Positions 51,584 through 64,000 of a DNA stretch of 64,000 nt are shown here, in pieces. Every line of letters starts with the position of its first letter. The stretch's first letter is position 1. Source of the DNA: Octopus bimaculoides (lineage: Eukaryota); assembly GCF_001194135.2 (NCBI RefSeq), contig NC_068982.1, forward strand, positions 184,497,045 through 184,561,044, read 5' to 3'. A model generated the notes under the pieces. The model had not been told where the DNA came from. It made no database searches and was given only the letters and a program-made list of their open reading frames with translations. The position numbers and the translations under genes were made by a program.

Positions 51584-51730
51584 TCTAGATAGATAGATAG
51601 ATAGATAGATAGATGAGTGTGCAACTATCAATTTATCTATAGATATATATCTACATTCACATTAATTAGCAGAAGTTAGAGTGACTGCAAGACCGAGAGT
51701 TTCGTGCATTGGCATTTACCATACATATCT

Positions 51731-51768
<38 letters not shown>

Positions 51769-51774
51769 GAGACT

Positions 51775-51955
51775 GGGTGTGGTTTAACCCAAGGGCAGCA
51801 CTGATCGAGAAGACCCAATGATCATAGGTATTCTAACCATGACCATCTCATCTAGAACTACATCATTATCAAGCGTATCCTTACTTCTTCAAAACGGTTA
51901 GGGTGTGGACATGAGGGAAATTTAATGACACTTTCTAGCAAGTCAAACAAACCAC
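51775..51955 (+). mobile_element. unclassified dispersed repeat family F
   Basis: ttaaccc...gacctatgatc..aggcattcca...gagg.aatttg.ctgctatttctagc. Relatives at about 13585-13770, 14800-14955, 31795-31870, 36890-37090, 38140-38295 and 53320-53495. Confidence 0.55.
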
Positions 51956-52029
51956 TAACACAGATTCTGTCATACATGCGGATGCGCGCATGTGTGTGTA
52001 TGTGTGTGTGTGTGTGTTTGTACGTATCT

Positions 52030-52302
52030 CTTTTTCTTTTACTTGCTTCTGTCGTTAGACTGCGGCCATGCTGGGGCACCGCTTTGAACAATTTATTTTA
52101 GTCGAATGAATCGACCCTAGTAAGTATTATTATTTTTTTTTATTAGCTTTTTGGTAAATCTATCAAATCTCATTCACAAGGTTATGGTCAGCCCGAAGCT
52201 ATAGTAAAAAAACACTTGTCCAAGGTCCCACACAGTGGGACTGAACCTGGAACCATGTGGTTGGCAAGCAAGCTTCTTACCACCACCACCACCACAGCCA
52301 CG
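52030..52302 (-). mobile_element. SINE family B with internal deletion
   Basis: Tail and head present, middle missing. Confidence 0.75.
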
Positions 52303-52392
52303 TATATCCGTGTATTTTGGTATATATGTTGTTGATGTAAGTGATGTTGTAGAACACCCTACGATTCGATACCATCATTGTTTCATGCTATA

Positions 52393-52607
52393 TTTCTCTT
52401 CTACTCTAGGTACAAGGCTCGAAATCTTTGGGGAGAGAACCAGTCGATTAGATTGACCAGTATGCAACTGGTACTTAATCTATCGATCCCGAAAGGATGA
52501 AAGGCAAAGTCGACCTCGGCGGAATTTGAACTCAGAACGTAAATACAGACGAAATACCGCTAAGCATTTCGCCCGGCGTGCTAACGTTTCTGCCAGCTCG
52601 CTGCCTT
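52393..52607 (-). mobile_element. SINE family A, full length, A2 tail
   Basis: Complete head and core. Confidence 0.9.
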
Positions 52608-52621
52608 TTCATGCTGTATAC

Positions 52622-53261
52622 CAGTGCTCAACCTTGGAGCCTTATGACCCTTGAAGGGTCCACGTGACCCTTGTGCAGGTGTGTGTGAGGACCATGTATG
52701 ATATTGCTGTTAAAATTAATGTGCAATAAAATGGTTTTATACTGCTTACAATACACATGTTTTAACCATTAAAAAAATAATACAGTTCCTAATATTTTCT
52801 TTTGTTTCAGTCATTTGACTGCGGCCATGCTGGAGCACCCCCTTGTAGTCGAAGAAATCGACCCCAGGACTTATTCTTTGTAAGCCTAGTACTTATTCTA
52901 TCGGTCTCTTTTGCACCGCTAATTTACGGGGGACATAAACACACCGACATCTGTTGTCAAGTGATGACAGACACACAGACACACGCACATACATATATGA
53001 GGAGCTTCTTTCAGTTTCCGTCTACCAAATCCACTCACAAGGCTCTGGTCGGCCCGAGGCTATAGTAGAAGACACTTACGCAAGGTGCCACGCAGTGGGA
53101 CTGAACCCGGAACCATGTGGTTGGGAAGCAAGCTTCTTACTACACGGCCATGTCTAAAAAATACAATAGGATTTCTATTAATGATCGAATTGTTAAACTG
53201 TCCATCCGAGTAAAGGAGGAATCAGTGGTTCTCATAGGTCAAAACTGGTTGAGAAACGCTT
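52622..53261. mobile_element. hAT-Charlie-type MITE interrupted by SINE B
   Basis: Ends cagtgctcaacc / ggttgagaaacgctt; 8-bp TSD ctgtatac / ctctatac with one mismatch. Confidence 0.6.
52794..53152 (-). mobile_element. SINE family B nested in a Charlie MITE
   Basis: Full-length copy. Confidence 0.85.
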
Positions 53262-54166
53262 CTCTATACCAACACGTGTAGTACAGCTTCACTTATACAA
53301 CGTGTACTGCGATTGTTTAACCCCAGGACTAGCCGCAGGACTAGCCTTTAATCGATACCATGTACCAGCCATGGAAAAATTATCTTGTTTTGTGTTTTCA
53401 TTTTACTTGTTATGCTTAGCGTTCTCCCCCACCCCCACTCTATGGAAGATATGACTGCTATTTCTAGCATTTCGAAAGCCTCGTAGATGCTCTCTCGTTT
53501 GCTCAGCGTGCGGTTTTGTGTACATACATACATATATAAATGTGTGTGCGTGTGGTAGCGAAGTGTGAGTATGCAACGATGCGCTAAACACGTACTCACG
53601 TATTAGTATGAGTATAAGATGTAAGTGTAAACACACACGTACACAGGCATGCACACACACACACACACACGCATAGTTATGCTTAACCATAGTGTTGATA
53701 TAAACACACTCATAAACGGAACCACACTCACGCATACACGTAGGAACAGCATCGATGTGCACGTATAAACGCACACATAGATGAACCTATAAACACATAT
53801 ACAGACATAGTTCACACATGCACACGCATGCACGCACACCTAAACTGACCCACACCAATGCTGATACACACATGCACACACCAATGCATACATACTGAAA
53901 ATCACATACACACTGGCATGCAGTGACCACGTACAGTTTTCCTAACATGATTTTGAAGGGTGATCAGAAGGATGAGGCGTGGCTTTCGTAACCTCTGATG
54001 TTTGCCGCCATTTTATTAAAGTAGCTGTCAATCAACTATGATTGATGCTCATATGACCCGATAACCACGCCTACTGCGCTTCTCAAAAGTGTCTTATCTC
54101 TTAGCTGGCCTCTTCTATGTTTGCGTGTTTGTATGTGTATTTATAATGTAAATGTGTTTGTGTGCG

Positions 54167-54199
<33 letters not shown>

Positions 54200-54272
54200 A
54201 TTATGTTTATGTTAGGTTCTCAGGAAAAATAAACATATTCACATAGACGAATACTATTTTATTTACAGCTAA

Positions 54273-54304
<32 letters not shown>

Positions 54305-54959
54305 NNNNNNNNNNNNNNNNNNNNNNNNNNNNNNNNNNNNNNNNNNNNNNNNNNNNNNNNNNNNNNNNNNNNNNNNNNNNNNNNNNNNNNNNNNNNNNNN
54401 NNNNNNNNNNNNNNNNNNNNNNNNNNNNNNNNNNNNNNNNNNNNNNNNNNNNNNNNNNNNNNNNNNNNNNNNNNNNNNNNNNNNNNNNNNNNNNNNNNNN
54501 NNNNNNNNNNNNNNNNNNNNNNNNNNNNNNNNNNNNNNNNNNNNNNNNNNNNNNNNNNNNNNNNNNNNNNNNNNNNNNNNNNNNNNNNNNNNNNNNNNNN
54601 NNNNNNNNNNNNNNNNNNNNNNNNNNNNNNNNNNNNNNNNNNNNNNNNNNNNNNNNNNNNNNNNNNNNNNNNNNNNNNNNNNNNNNNNNNNNNNNNNNNN
54701 NNNNNNNNNNNNNNNNNNNNNNNNNNNNNNNNNNNNNNNNNNNNNNNNNNNNNNNNNNNNNNNNNNNNNNNNNNNNNNNNNNNNNNNNNNNNNNNNNNNN
54801 NNNNNNNNNNNNNNNNNNNNNNNNNNNNNNNNNNNNNNNNNNNNNNNNNNNNNNNNNNNNNNNNNNNNNNNNNNNNNNNNNNNNNNNNNNNNNNNNNNNN
54901 NNNNNNNNNNNNNNNNNNNNNNNNNNNNNNNNNNNNNNNNNNNNNNNNNNNNNNNNNNN

Positions 54960-56860
54960 AATAGAGAAAGAATCGGTTTCTAACCTAGATCCAAGGTTCC
55001 TTCATTGGAATTTCAACATCAACAACAAGGTATTTTTGTATGTATGTATGTATGTATGTATGTATGTATGTATGTATAAATGTATGTATGTATGTGCAGA
55101 TTTGTATGTTTTATGTATGTATTCTCATGCATATACTTGTATATCTAGACATGCTCATACATATTTAAATGATAAACTTCCGGAAAGTTTTACAGATTTT
55201 TACAGCTCCAGTGATGGATCGGATCTGTAGTCTTCGAATTAGCTTTCTCCTTTCTGGTTTTCAGAAGCCTAATTTCTCAAGATTGGTATTTAAGCAGTGT
55301 GTTACATGTCCCAGGGCCCAATAATTACAGGTATATATATCATTATATCAGGTCTGTTGTGCTTACATTTTATTGAGGTTTTCACTGGTACATTCCACCA
55401 GTATTCCTTTTTATTATGAATGGCTATGGCTTTTACCATATTGTGGGTTCTTATTTCTTTGTCCTCGGTATTATCCTTCCGACGGATTTCATTATACTGT
55501 GTCCTAGCTACAACATCATATCTCATCGGTAGATAATACCGTGATGACATTTTCGGGCAACTGCTTATGATATCTTCAGTGTGAACTCCACAAAGTCTGC
55601 ATCGGTTGTCACCCTTTTTCCGGCTTTACCTGCATCTCTATCCCTTTTGTGCATCAGGTACTTAGTTGATATTTCCTGTTCCTGGATTGCAAACGCATAC
55701 CATTCAAAGTGGGAGGTAGTAATCCGGCTATTTATTCGTCGATGATAAACTGCTTTGATGATCGATGTTGCTATCATCACGGAGCTTTCTACTACCATAT
55801 GCATGCATAGTCTTCTGCTCATATAGGCTCATCCTTTCATCTGATGGTACGTTGCAGTAGAGTCGTGCGACTTCTTTGGGTATGTATTTTAGGTTATCAG
55901 ACAAAGAGCGTTGCACAAGAAGCTGCTTTCTAAGTATTATGATGTTATCAGCCTCATGTATGCAAACTTGGTCAAGGGATGCACTTCGACACTTGGTGGT
56001 TAAAAAATGTTGCCGAAAGGATATAATGCGACATTCAAAGGCATTCTGGATCGATGTTAAGCTTCTTCCGCCTTGTTTTCGTTTTAGTTAGAGGCGGTCT
56101 ACGCCACTGTTTATGTGGAAATTATGTGTGTTTGTTAGTATTTTTCGGGTTTTCACATCAATGACTCGGATCTCATCTGGCGTCCAGTCAAACAGCCCAA
56201 ATATTAGTATGAGTACTGGCAATTCAAACACATCGTGGGCCACTGTTTTATTGAATGCAAAGAGTTCTGAGGTCCAGATTTACTTTATTCGGCTGTAATA
56301 TTCTTTAGTGACACGTGTTTTGTTACAGGTGCCATTGTAAGATATATTCTCATCCACCCCTAGATACCTGTAACATTCCTCGTCAGGTACAAGGGAAACA
56401 ATCAAATCATTAATGGAGATGTTGCTAGTTTGGTTTATAGTCCCCCCCCCCTTTTCACAACCATATAACAACATTTATCCTGACCAAACTCCAATCCTAC
56501 ATCCTTTGAGAATGTTGTAACTAGGTCAAGGCTCTTTTTTATCTCATGCATATTCTTTGCATAAAGTTTTAAGTCATCCACAAAGAAACAGTGTGTAATT
56601 TGGTAGTTCTGTTTCCTTGAGAACCAGTGAGATATCCTTCATACTTCCTTAACATTAATGACAAAGGGTTTACAAAAAGTATAAACAACATCACAGACAG
56701 GCTGTCGCCTTGGAATATACCTTTGCAATACTGTATTCTATTGGTGATAATACATTCACTCTTTGTGTTTAGTTTTAAGATGGTGGCTCACGATGAAGTC
56801 AAGTCAGTTATGGCTTTGACTATTCTCACTGGAACTTAAGAAAGTTGAAGGGCTTCTAGC
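54960..56860 (-). mobile_element. R4/Dong-type RLE LINE, 5'-truncated, frameshifted
   Basis: KGIFQGDSLSVMLF, ITHCFFVDDLKLY, DVGLEFGQDKC, YRYLGVDEN, AIQEQEISTKY, HNRPDIMI (deletion) IPVIIG. The coding part ends near 55170; the remainder is probably 3' UTR. Confidence 0.88.
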
Positions 56861-56886
56861 ATCCATGATATATATATATATATATA

Positions 56887-57115
56887 CTTTTATTCTTTTA
56901 CTTGTTTCAGTCGATTGCGGCCATGCTGGATCACCGTCTTAAAGGGTTTTTAGTCGAAGAAATCGACCCCAGAACTTATTCTTTGTAAGCCTATTCCATC
57001 AGTCTGTATCAGTCTCTATTGCGGAACCGCTAAGTTACGGAGACGTAAACGTACCAACATCGGTTGTCAAACGATGGTGGGGGGGACAAACAGTTACAAG
57101 GACATAAATATATAC
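56887..57115 (-). mobile_element. SINE family B, 3' half
   Basis: gcggccatgctgg...cggttgtcaa segments. Confidence 0.8.
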
Positions 57116-57430
57116 ATGTATGAAATAGTGTATATTTAAACACAAGAGAAACTACCTTCAACAGGCAGCTTTACACGCTAGAAGAAGTAGTCAAAACGAC
57201 CAAAACCACATTTAAGAGCAATTGCTTAAAGGGAATGAAAATAAAAACTTTTACCTTCTTATTTTTTTACGGTCATACCTAGATTTCAAATTTTTTAGCA
57301 AATAAAATAATTTGCTAGGCGAAATTCTCATCAGTGACCGCGCCACAACACTAACATATTATTAAAAGACAAATAACACGTGTCTCATCATTATACATCA
57401 TAACTTTTTAAATTCACCGCGCAAACACAT

Positions 57431-57729
57431 TTTCTATCGGTCTCTTTTCCCGAACCGCTAAGTTACGGGGACGTAAACACACTAGCATCAATTGTCAAGC
57501 GAAGTGGGGAGGTGGGGCAAATACAGACACGCAAACATATACACGCAGATACATATATATATACACATATATACGACGGGCTTCTTTCAGTTTCCGTCTA
57601 CCAAATCCACTCACAAGGCTTTAGTCGGCCCGAGGCTATAGTAGAAGACATTTGCCCAAAGTGCCACGCAGTGGGATTGAACCCGGAACCATGTGGTTGG
57701 TAAGCAAGCTACTGACCACACAGCCGGTC

Positions 57730-57731
<2 letters not shown>
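57431..57731 (-). mobile_element. SINE family B, 5' two thirds
   Basis: Head through ccgatagaa. Confidence 0.85.
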
Positions 57732-57805
<74 letters not shown>

Positions 57806-58105
57806 TTGTGTATGTGTGTGTGTTCTACTCTTTGTATAAATCCCTTGGCTACTGGAGATAAAGTAGAACAATTGTCCTGAGGACAGCTATTGAACCAGAA
57901 ATGCACGCACATGAATGTCCTTTTATCTCTGGATAATAACTCTGTTCTTTTCCTTAATGGCATGTCAACTTTGGAGAATTCTTGCTTCTTGAGATGGTTT
58001 TCCTGTCTCATGTGAAAATGGCCTTAATTGCCATTTGCTAATTATCTTCAGAGGCGGAGATAATTTTAATAAATCAAGAAGAATGTCCATTTATGTATGC
58101 ATGTT

Positions 58106-58137
<32 letters not shown>

Positions 58138-58447
58138 TGTATTATGTGATATTATCTACGTGTATGTACGTGTAAAGAGAGAGAAGAGAGAGAGAGAGAT
58201 AAAAGAAGGGTGAACAGAACACTATGGAGAAAGATAGAGAAGAACGAGTAGAGGGAAAGTAAGAGAAGAATGAGGGGAATGTATGGATAAGAGAAATTTC
58301 CGGTGCCAATTAGGAGAGAACGGGAGAGAGAGAGAAAGAGAGAGAGAGGGGGGGAAAGAGAGAGAAAGAGAGAGAGATGGAAAGAGGGAGAAAGAGAGAG
58401 AGAGAGGAAAAGAGAGAGAGAGAGAAGAGACATTCGGNNNNNNNNNN

Positions 58448-58482
<35 letters not shown>

Positions 58483-58595
58483 CAAGGTTTTTAACTTTTA
58501 AATTACCATATTCAAAAGAGACAGAGACTTCAAACTCGATATATCGATTTATTCACCACTCTATGTCAACATTTATATATACATATATATATATA

Positions 58596-58995
58596 TTCTT
58601 TTATCCTTTTATGTTTCAGTCGTTTGACTCCGACCATGCTGGAGCACCGCCTTTAGTCGAACAAATCGACCCCAGGACTTATTCTTTGTAAGCCTAGTAC
58701 TTATTCTATCGGTCTCTTGTACCAAACCGCTAAGTTACGGGGACATAAACACACAGACATCGGTTGTCAAGCGGGGACAAACACAAACACATACATACAC
58801 ACACACACACATACATACATACATACATACATACACGACGGTCTTCTTTCAGTTTCCCTCTACCAAATACATTCACATGGCTTTGGTCGGCCCGAGGCTA
58901 TAGTAGAAGACACTTGACCAAGGTGCCATGCCGTGTGACTGAACCCAGAACCATGTGTTTGGGAAGCAAGCTTCTTATCACACTACCACACATCA
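58596..58995 (-). mobile_element. SINE family B, full length
   Basis: Collinear with the other B copies. Confidence 0.85.
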
Positions 58996-59717
58996 CATCA
59001 CGTATGCANNNNNNNNNNNNNNNNNNNNNNNNNNNNNNNNNNNNNNNNNNNNNNNNNNNNNNNNNNNNNNNNNNNNNNNNNNNNNNNNNNNNNNNNNNNN
59101 NNNNNNNNNNNNNNNNNNNNNNNNNNNNNNNNNNNNNNNNNNNNNNNNNNNNNNNNNNNNNNNNNNNNNNNNNNNNNNNNNNNNNNNNNNNNNNNNNNNN
59201 NNNNNNNNNNNNNNNNNNNNNNNNNNNNNNNNNNNNNNNNNNNNNNNNNNNNNNNNNNNNNNNNNNNNNNNNNNNNNNNNNNNNNNNNNNNNNNNNNNNN
59301 NNNNNNNNNNNNNNNNNNNNNNNNNNNNNNNNNNNNNNNNNNNNNNNNNNNNNNNNNNNNNNNNNNNNNNNNNNNNNNNNNNNNNNNNNNNNNNNNNNNN
59401 NNNNNNNNNNNNNNNNNNNNNNNNNNNNNNNNNNNNNNNNNNNNNNNNNNNNNNNNNNNNNNNNNNNNNNNNNNNNNNNNNNNNNNNNNNNNNNNNNNNN
59501 NNNNNNNNNNNNNNNNNNNNNNNNNNNNNNNNNNNNNNNNNNNNNNNNNNNNNNNNNNNNNNNNNNNNNNNNNNNNNNNNNNNNNNNNNNNNNNNNNNNN
59601 NNNNNNNNNNNNNNNNNNNNNNNNNNNNNNNNNNNNNNNNNNNNNNNNNNNNNNNNNNNNNNNNNNNNNNNNNNNNNNNNNNNNNNNNNNNNNNNNNNNN
59701 NNNNNNNNNNNNNNNNA

Positions 59718-59942
59718 AGGCTGACCCTTTGAATTACAGGCACAACAGAAACAGGAAGTAAGAGTGAGAGAAAGTTGTGGTGAAAGCGTACAGCAGGGTT
59801 CGCCACCATCCCCTGCCGGAGCCCCGTGGAGCTTTAGGCGTTTTCCCTCAATAAACACTCACAACGCCCGGTCTGGGAATCGAAACCGCGATCCTATGAC
59901 CGCGAGTCCGCTGTCCTAACCACTGGGCCATTGCGCCTCCAC
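59718..59942 (-). mobile_element. tRNA-headed SINE with a distinct body (family E)
   Basis: Head gtggaggcgcaatggcccagtggttaggacagcggactcgcggtc...gtttcgattccc; left end lost in a gap. Confidence 0.8.
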
Positions 59943-60004
59943 CGTGGGGGGGGGGGGACAAACAAGTACAAAACGCACACACCTGCACGTAATTTTATTT
60001 TTTT

Positions 60005-60255
60005 CCCCGAGCAGGGGTGCTGACCTTACGCAAACCCATTTTTACCTCTGACCTTTCTCCACTTTTATTGTTTGACTCTAGACTATCTTTTGAGTCCTTC
60101 CTCTTCCTAGTCTTGTCAGTTTTGAATTGGCATCGATGCTTCGGTAACTTTGCTTGTTTTCTAGGTAGGGGTGTTGACTCTACGTAAACCTGCCTTTACC
60201 TCTGGCCCTCAAGCATAGCTCTCAAGGCCATTAAGGCATACAAGCCACCACATCG
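60005..60255 (-). mobile_element. possible RTE-type LINE 5'-end fragment with a ~41-bp internal direct repeat
   Basis: aggggtgctgaccttacgcaaacc...tttacctctg at 60013-60053 and 60167-60207; family assignment is from recall only. Confidence 0.35.
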
Positions 60256-60459
60256 CATTAATTACTGGACTTTGTGATTGAGCATGTCGATATTATGAGT
60301 GTCACAATTGATATCACTTCTTTATTAAAACGATATTAGAAACAAATGTGTTGCTTTCACAACCTATCCACTGTCTATTTTGACCAAAGATTTCCAATCA
60401 ACTGATCATAACCAAAAGTCATGTGATTGGTTAGACTAGAAACACACAGGCACACACAG

Positions 60460-60566
<107 letters not shown>

Positions 60567-60799
60567 GAAAATACATTTTCTGCAGAAAACGTTAACTATT
60601 ACCTACGCACTGATTAAACGTATTTCACCCCACCTGGATTATCTACTTCACTTTCCTTCAGTCACCGCATTATCTGTGTTTAGTTCTACAGACCTTCGTC
60701 ATTTGACTAACCCGAATTTCCACATAAAACTTTATCACTTCCGAACCTCTTAACTGCTCTTTGATCAGCAACAACTTGAATCTAATATTAATTGTGTTG

Positions 60800-61009
60800 T
60801 AAGGCAGCGAGCTGGTAGAATCGTTGGTACGCCGGGCGAAAAATGCTTAACGGCATTTCGTTCGTCTTTGTGTTGTGAGTTCAAATTCCGCCGAGGTCGA
60901 CTTTAATCCTTTTGGGGTCAATAAAAAGTTGAGTACTGGAGTGTATGTAATCGACTTCCACCCTTGTCTCTCGAAGTCACTGGCCTTGTGGTGCCAAAAA
61001 TTTGAAACC
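60800..61009 (+). mobile_element. SINE family A with 15-bp TSD
   Basis: TSD aatattaattgtgtt at 60784-60798 and 61010-61024. Confidence 0.85.
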
Positions 61010-61259
61010 AATATTAATTGTGTTAATTTAAATCAGCCATGGAGAAAATGCGGTCCGCGGGACTTTCTGAATGGCACGCCTAACGAAAAATTACCTTGAT
61101 GATGAGCTTTGTCTCATGTGGTCTGCTTCTTGAGAAAGGTTGACCGTGCCTGATCTAAATCTTCATATTCCGTACATCTTATTCCGACATACTAACCCAT
61201 GTCCAGGCCTACAGCCCGATCCACACAAAAGAGTATTACTCCTGCATCTAAAATGATGC

Positions 61260-61600
61260 TCTTATTACATAATAAGCATCCTAGATTGCAACCAAAGAAA
61301 TGACACTCCAATTGACTTGCATGAAATCACTCACCGTCACATTCCAACTTCTGATCCGTAAGCATGCTATTTCCTCTCTCTGTCTTTTCTACCACTCCTG
61401 CTACGGCCTCTGCTCCTCGGAATCGGTTGACCTCGTGCCACCTCATCTCAGACACTCTTGTCTGACTTCATTCCCATCACCCATATTCTTTTTCTTGTTT
61501 TAAAACCTCGTCCCGAGCCCTGTACTAACCACAATACCCAGTCCCCCTCTTTAGAGCATCGGTCCACTACCTTTCCTTTCTTGCCAATGTTTTCTGGAAA
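61260..61600 (+). mobile_element. CR1/Jockey-like LINE C-terminal fossil
   Basis: RKHAISSLCLFYHSCYGLCSSESVDLVPP, similar to HRR.VASLSLFYRY..G.CS.EL..LVP. Confidence 0.6.
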
Positions 61601-62049
61601 TTATCCATGGGGTCCTGCCCCCAAATCCTCCGGAACAGACCAGCCTGTTAGTTTTCATCGATGTCCGGAGTTTTCCAGGGAACGCTGTCGCTTTTGCCAG
61701 TGACTAATCCTGTATAGAATGCCTGTATAGAATGCCAGTATGGAACTTCCACTGACTGCATTGCCAGATTAGTAGAGGACTGTGAGTACTTCATAACATT
61801 TCAGATGCCAAGCGCCCTCTTTCGGTCTTTGCTTGACCCAGGACTACAGCTCTGCCAAAGAGATAGACATCCTGGAGAAAAATACGTCTAAAAAATGGTG
61901 ACCACACCTGTTCAAAGAATAACAATAAAAAACCCGAAATATTCGTCAGCCTTTTTCTTATTATGATTTAATCAGAAAAAGCAGCGCAGCACACGTGATC
62001 TTTTTCTATGAGTGAGACGTTGCCCGACTGCTTTCATCATAATGTATTC

Positions 62050-62700
62050 TGTTAAATACAACTAAGGACCAGGTCATGGATTTACACCGAACGATAGATT
62101 AAGTTTACGGCATCCATGAAGTCAAATTTTGTGTCTTTCCGAAGCAGAGAAAATGTTTTATTAGGTAGATGAAACAGATGAAATACAGTACACAGAAATT
62201 AAAGAGAAAATCAGACAATAATACTTCTAGAAAAAAGTTATAGATTAGAAATATCGTAACAGGTGATGAGAATGAAATCATTTCAGTTATAAACTACAGT
62301 CTCAACGTTAAAATATTGGAAGTTAAATGAATTGATGAGTTTAGATGGGAAAGTCAGAAATCTACTCAATGCATTTCCAGAACTTCCATCTGATGAATGA
62401 TATAAGTAGGTTATTATATCTAATGTAAACACAAGAAAGAAAAAGAAGAAAAAGAACTCTTACATCGGCAGTGGATCTAGAAATATACTTAGAAGCAAGC
62501 CAAGATAGATCTAATAGTTTTTATTAAGATTGAATAGTTTTATATTAAGAAAAAAAAAATTTCCTTATGTATAAGGAAGTAATCAGTTAGAAACAAGAAG
62601 CTAATTACGAAGAGGAATAAGTTTTAAATAGAGATTAAACGAATGAGGTGAACATACAAAAGATAGAATAAAAGCAGAAGTCAGGAAATTACTTAAGAAA
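62050..62700 (+). mobile_element. highly decayed R4/Dong-type LINE RT-thumb fragment
   Basis: IKEKIRQ, ISVINYS and LDGKVRNLL, similar to VSVIRYS...LDRKTRKLL. Confidence 0.45.
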
Positions 62701-62968
62701 ATATGGAAAGAAAAACTTCGTCAGCAGTATACTGCAGTATTGGACACACAGGAAGTGAGTACCCAACAGTACTGGTCTGACAGGAAGTGAGCTGATACGT
62801 GAGCCAATAATGTCTGAAAAGCCACAGAATTAAAGACAGGTTTGATTTTTAGCCACAGCTACAGACTGTTCAATCAATATAAAGAAGTAATCGATCACAT
62901 CATTTCCAGCTTCCCAAAGAAAATATATCTACAGACATGACTGAATAGATAATTAAATACATACGTAC

Positions 62969-63029
<61 letters not shown>

Positions 63030-63199
63030 CATACATGTATACATACATAAACACGCACATGTATACATACATAAACACGCACATACATACATACATACAT
63101 ACATACATACATACATACATACATACATACATACATACAATATGGTTCTGTTTTGGCAACTTCAGCGACAACACAGATGCCAAACTGTAATGTCCATTG

Positions 63200-63756
63200 C
63201 TCTTCCCTAGGACAACATTAGCTGAAAAGGGAGACCTGCTACACGGATAGCAGTGGGTCTTCCATACTAACCCATGTCCAGGTCTACAACCTGGAAAGAA
63301 TACGCCAACATTGCCTCATCGCGAAAAGAAAAGCAGTAGTCTACCAATTATTACCATATGCTGAATTAGTGTGGTGTCAGGCGCCGGGTGCTACTTTTGA
63401 AATGGGAGACGCCATTGTGTCACCCTGGATAACTACCACCTACCTTAAGCTAGGCAGACCTCAGCCAATCAGATGCTGTCCCGCCACAGTCTGCTTGTTT
63501 TACTTGATGTGTGGGGTTATGTACGTAACCTGAACCGCATATGGCAAATACTGCATCAGGCATAGCAAGAAGACCAAAAAAGAGGCCAATACTTAAGCTA
63601 TGATGCTGGGCTCTACAGACCATGGCCATTGGACTGTCAAATAACACGCACGGAAGGCACAAGTGATTAGAAAATGAACCATAACTTTCAAGTGAACATC
63701 GCGATACTTCAAGAGACACATTTATCCGGAACTCTACGAGAGAATATACATTTTTC
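63200..63756 (+). mobile_element. RTE LINE 5' end and start of APE endonuclease
   Basis: MMLGS...ARKAQVI...QVNIAILQETHLSGTLREN, similar to ARKTAVI...VDIAALQETRL. Confidence 0.7.
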
Positions 63757-63936
63757 TACAGTTCTATATTTAAGAGATGAGGAATTTTGTACATTATTTA
63801 CATTTGATGGATATTTGTCCTCATCTTGTTTGTTGTTAACGCAACGTTTCGGCTGATGTACCCTCCAGCCTTCATCAGGTGTTTTGGGGAAATTTCGAAC
63901 CTGGGTTCTCATTCCTAAGATATTTTTCGATGTTAC

Positions 63937-64000
<64 letters not shown>
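63757..64000 (-). mobile_element. second copy of the hammerhead-bearing element, running off the window in (AAT)n
   Basis: Collinear with 18563-18724 and interrupts an RTE endonuclease fossil. Confidence 0.9.
63838..63883 (-). ncRNA. minimal type-I hammerhead ribozyme motif (Penelope-type)
   Basis: Minus strand AACAC CTGATGA A GGCTG-GAGGGTACAT-CAGCC GAAA CG TT GCGTT: intact core, 5-bp stem II, palindromic AACGTT stem III, stem I with one mismatch. Confidence 0.7.

Noticed and set aside
59870-59942. tRNA gene candidates (also about 18500-18556 and 23830-23900)
   Set aside because: They have A/B boxes but run into repeat bodies, with no closed acceptor stem or T-run terminator; these are SINE heads.

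Overview
AT-rich, microsatellite- and gap-rich animal genomic DNA. The repeat landscape points to an octopus genome; this is my inference, not a database result. The window holds one real protein-coding gene, an intronless minus-strand Frizzled of the Fz9/10 subfamily (ATG 48196 to stop 46424, 590 aa). The rest is a gene desert of tRNA-headed SINEs (at least three head types with modular bodies and tails), RTE-type 3' tail elements, fossils of R4/Dong-type, RTE and CR1/Jockey-type LINEs, Helitron, piggyBac and mariner fossils, hAT-Charlie MITEs and one 43-bp minisatellite. The most unusual observation is a tRNA-headed SINE-like family whose body carries a Penelope-type minimal type-I hammerhead ribozyme. 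One insertion (18347-18724) consists of two inverted arms inside a single 13-bp target-site duplication, and a near-intact copy lies at 63757-64000. A second, unrelated hammerhead-like motif occurs at about 17600. Other notable items are a 56-bp near-perfect hairpin 3.3 kb upstream of the Frizzled ATG, a 5'-inverted RTE LINE fossil, and overlapping candidate uORFs in the Frizzled leader. Nearly all other ORFs in the supplied track come from microsatellites or N-runs.
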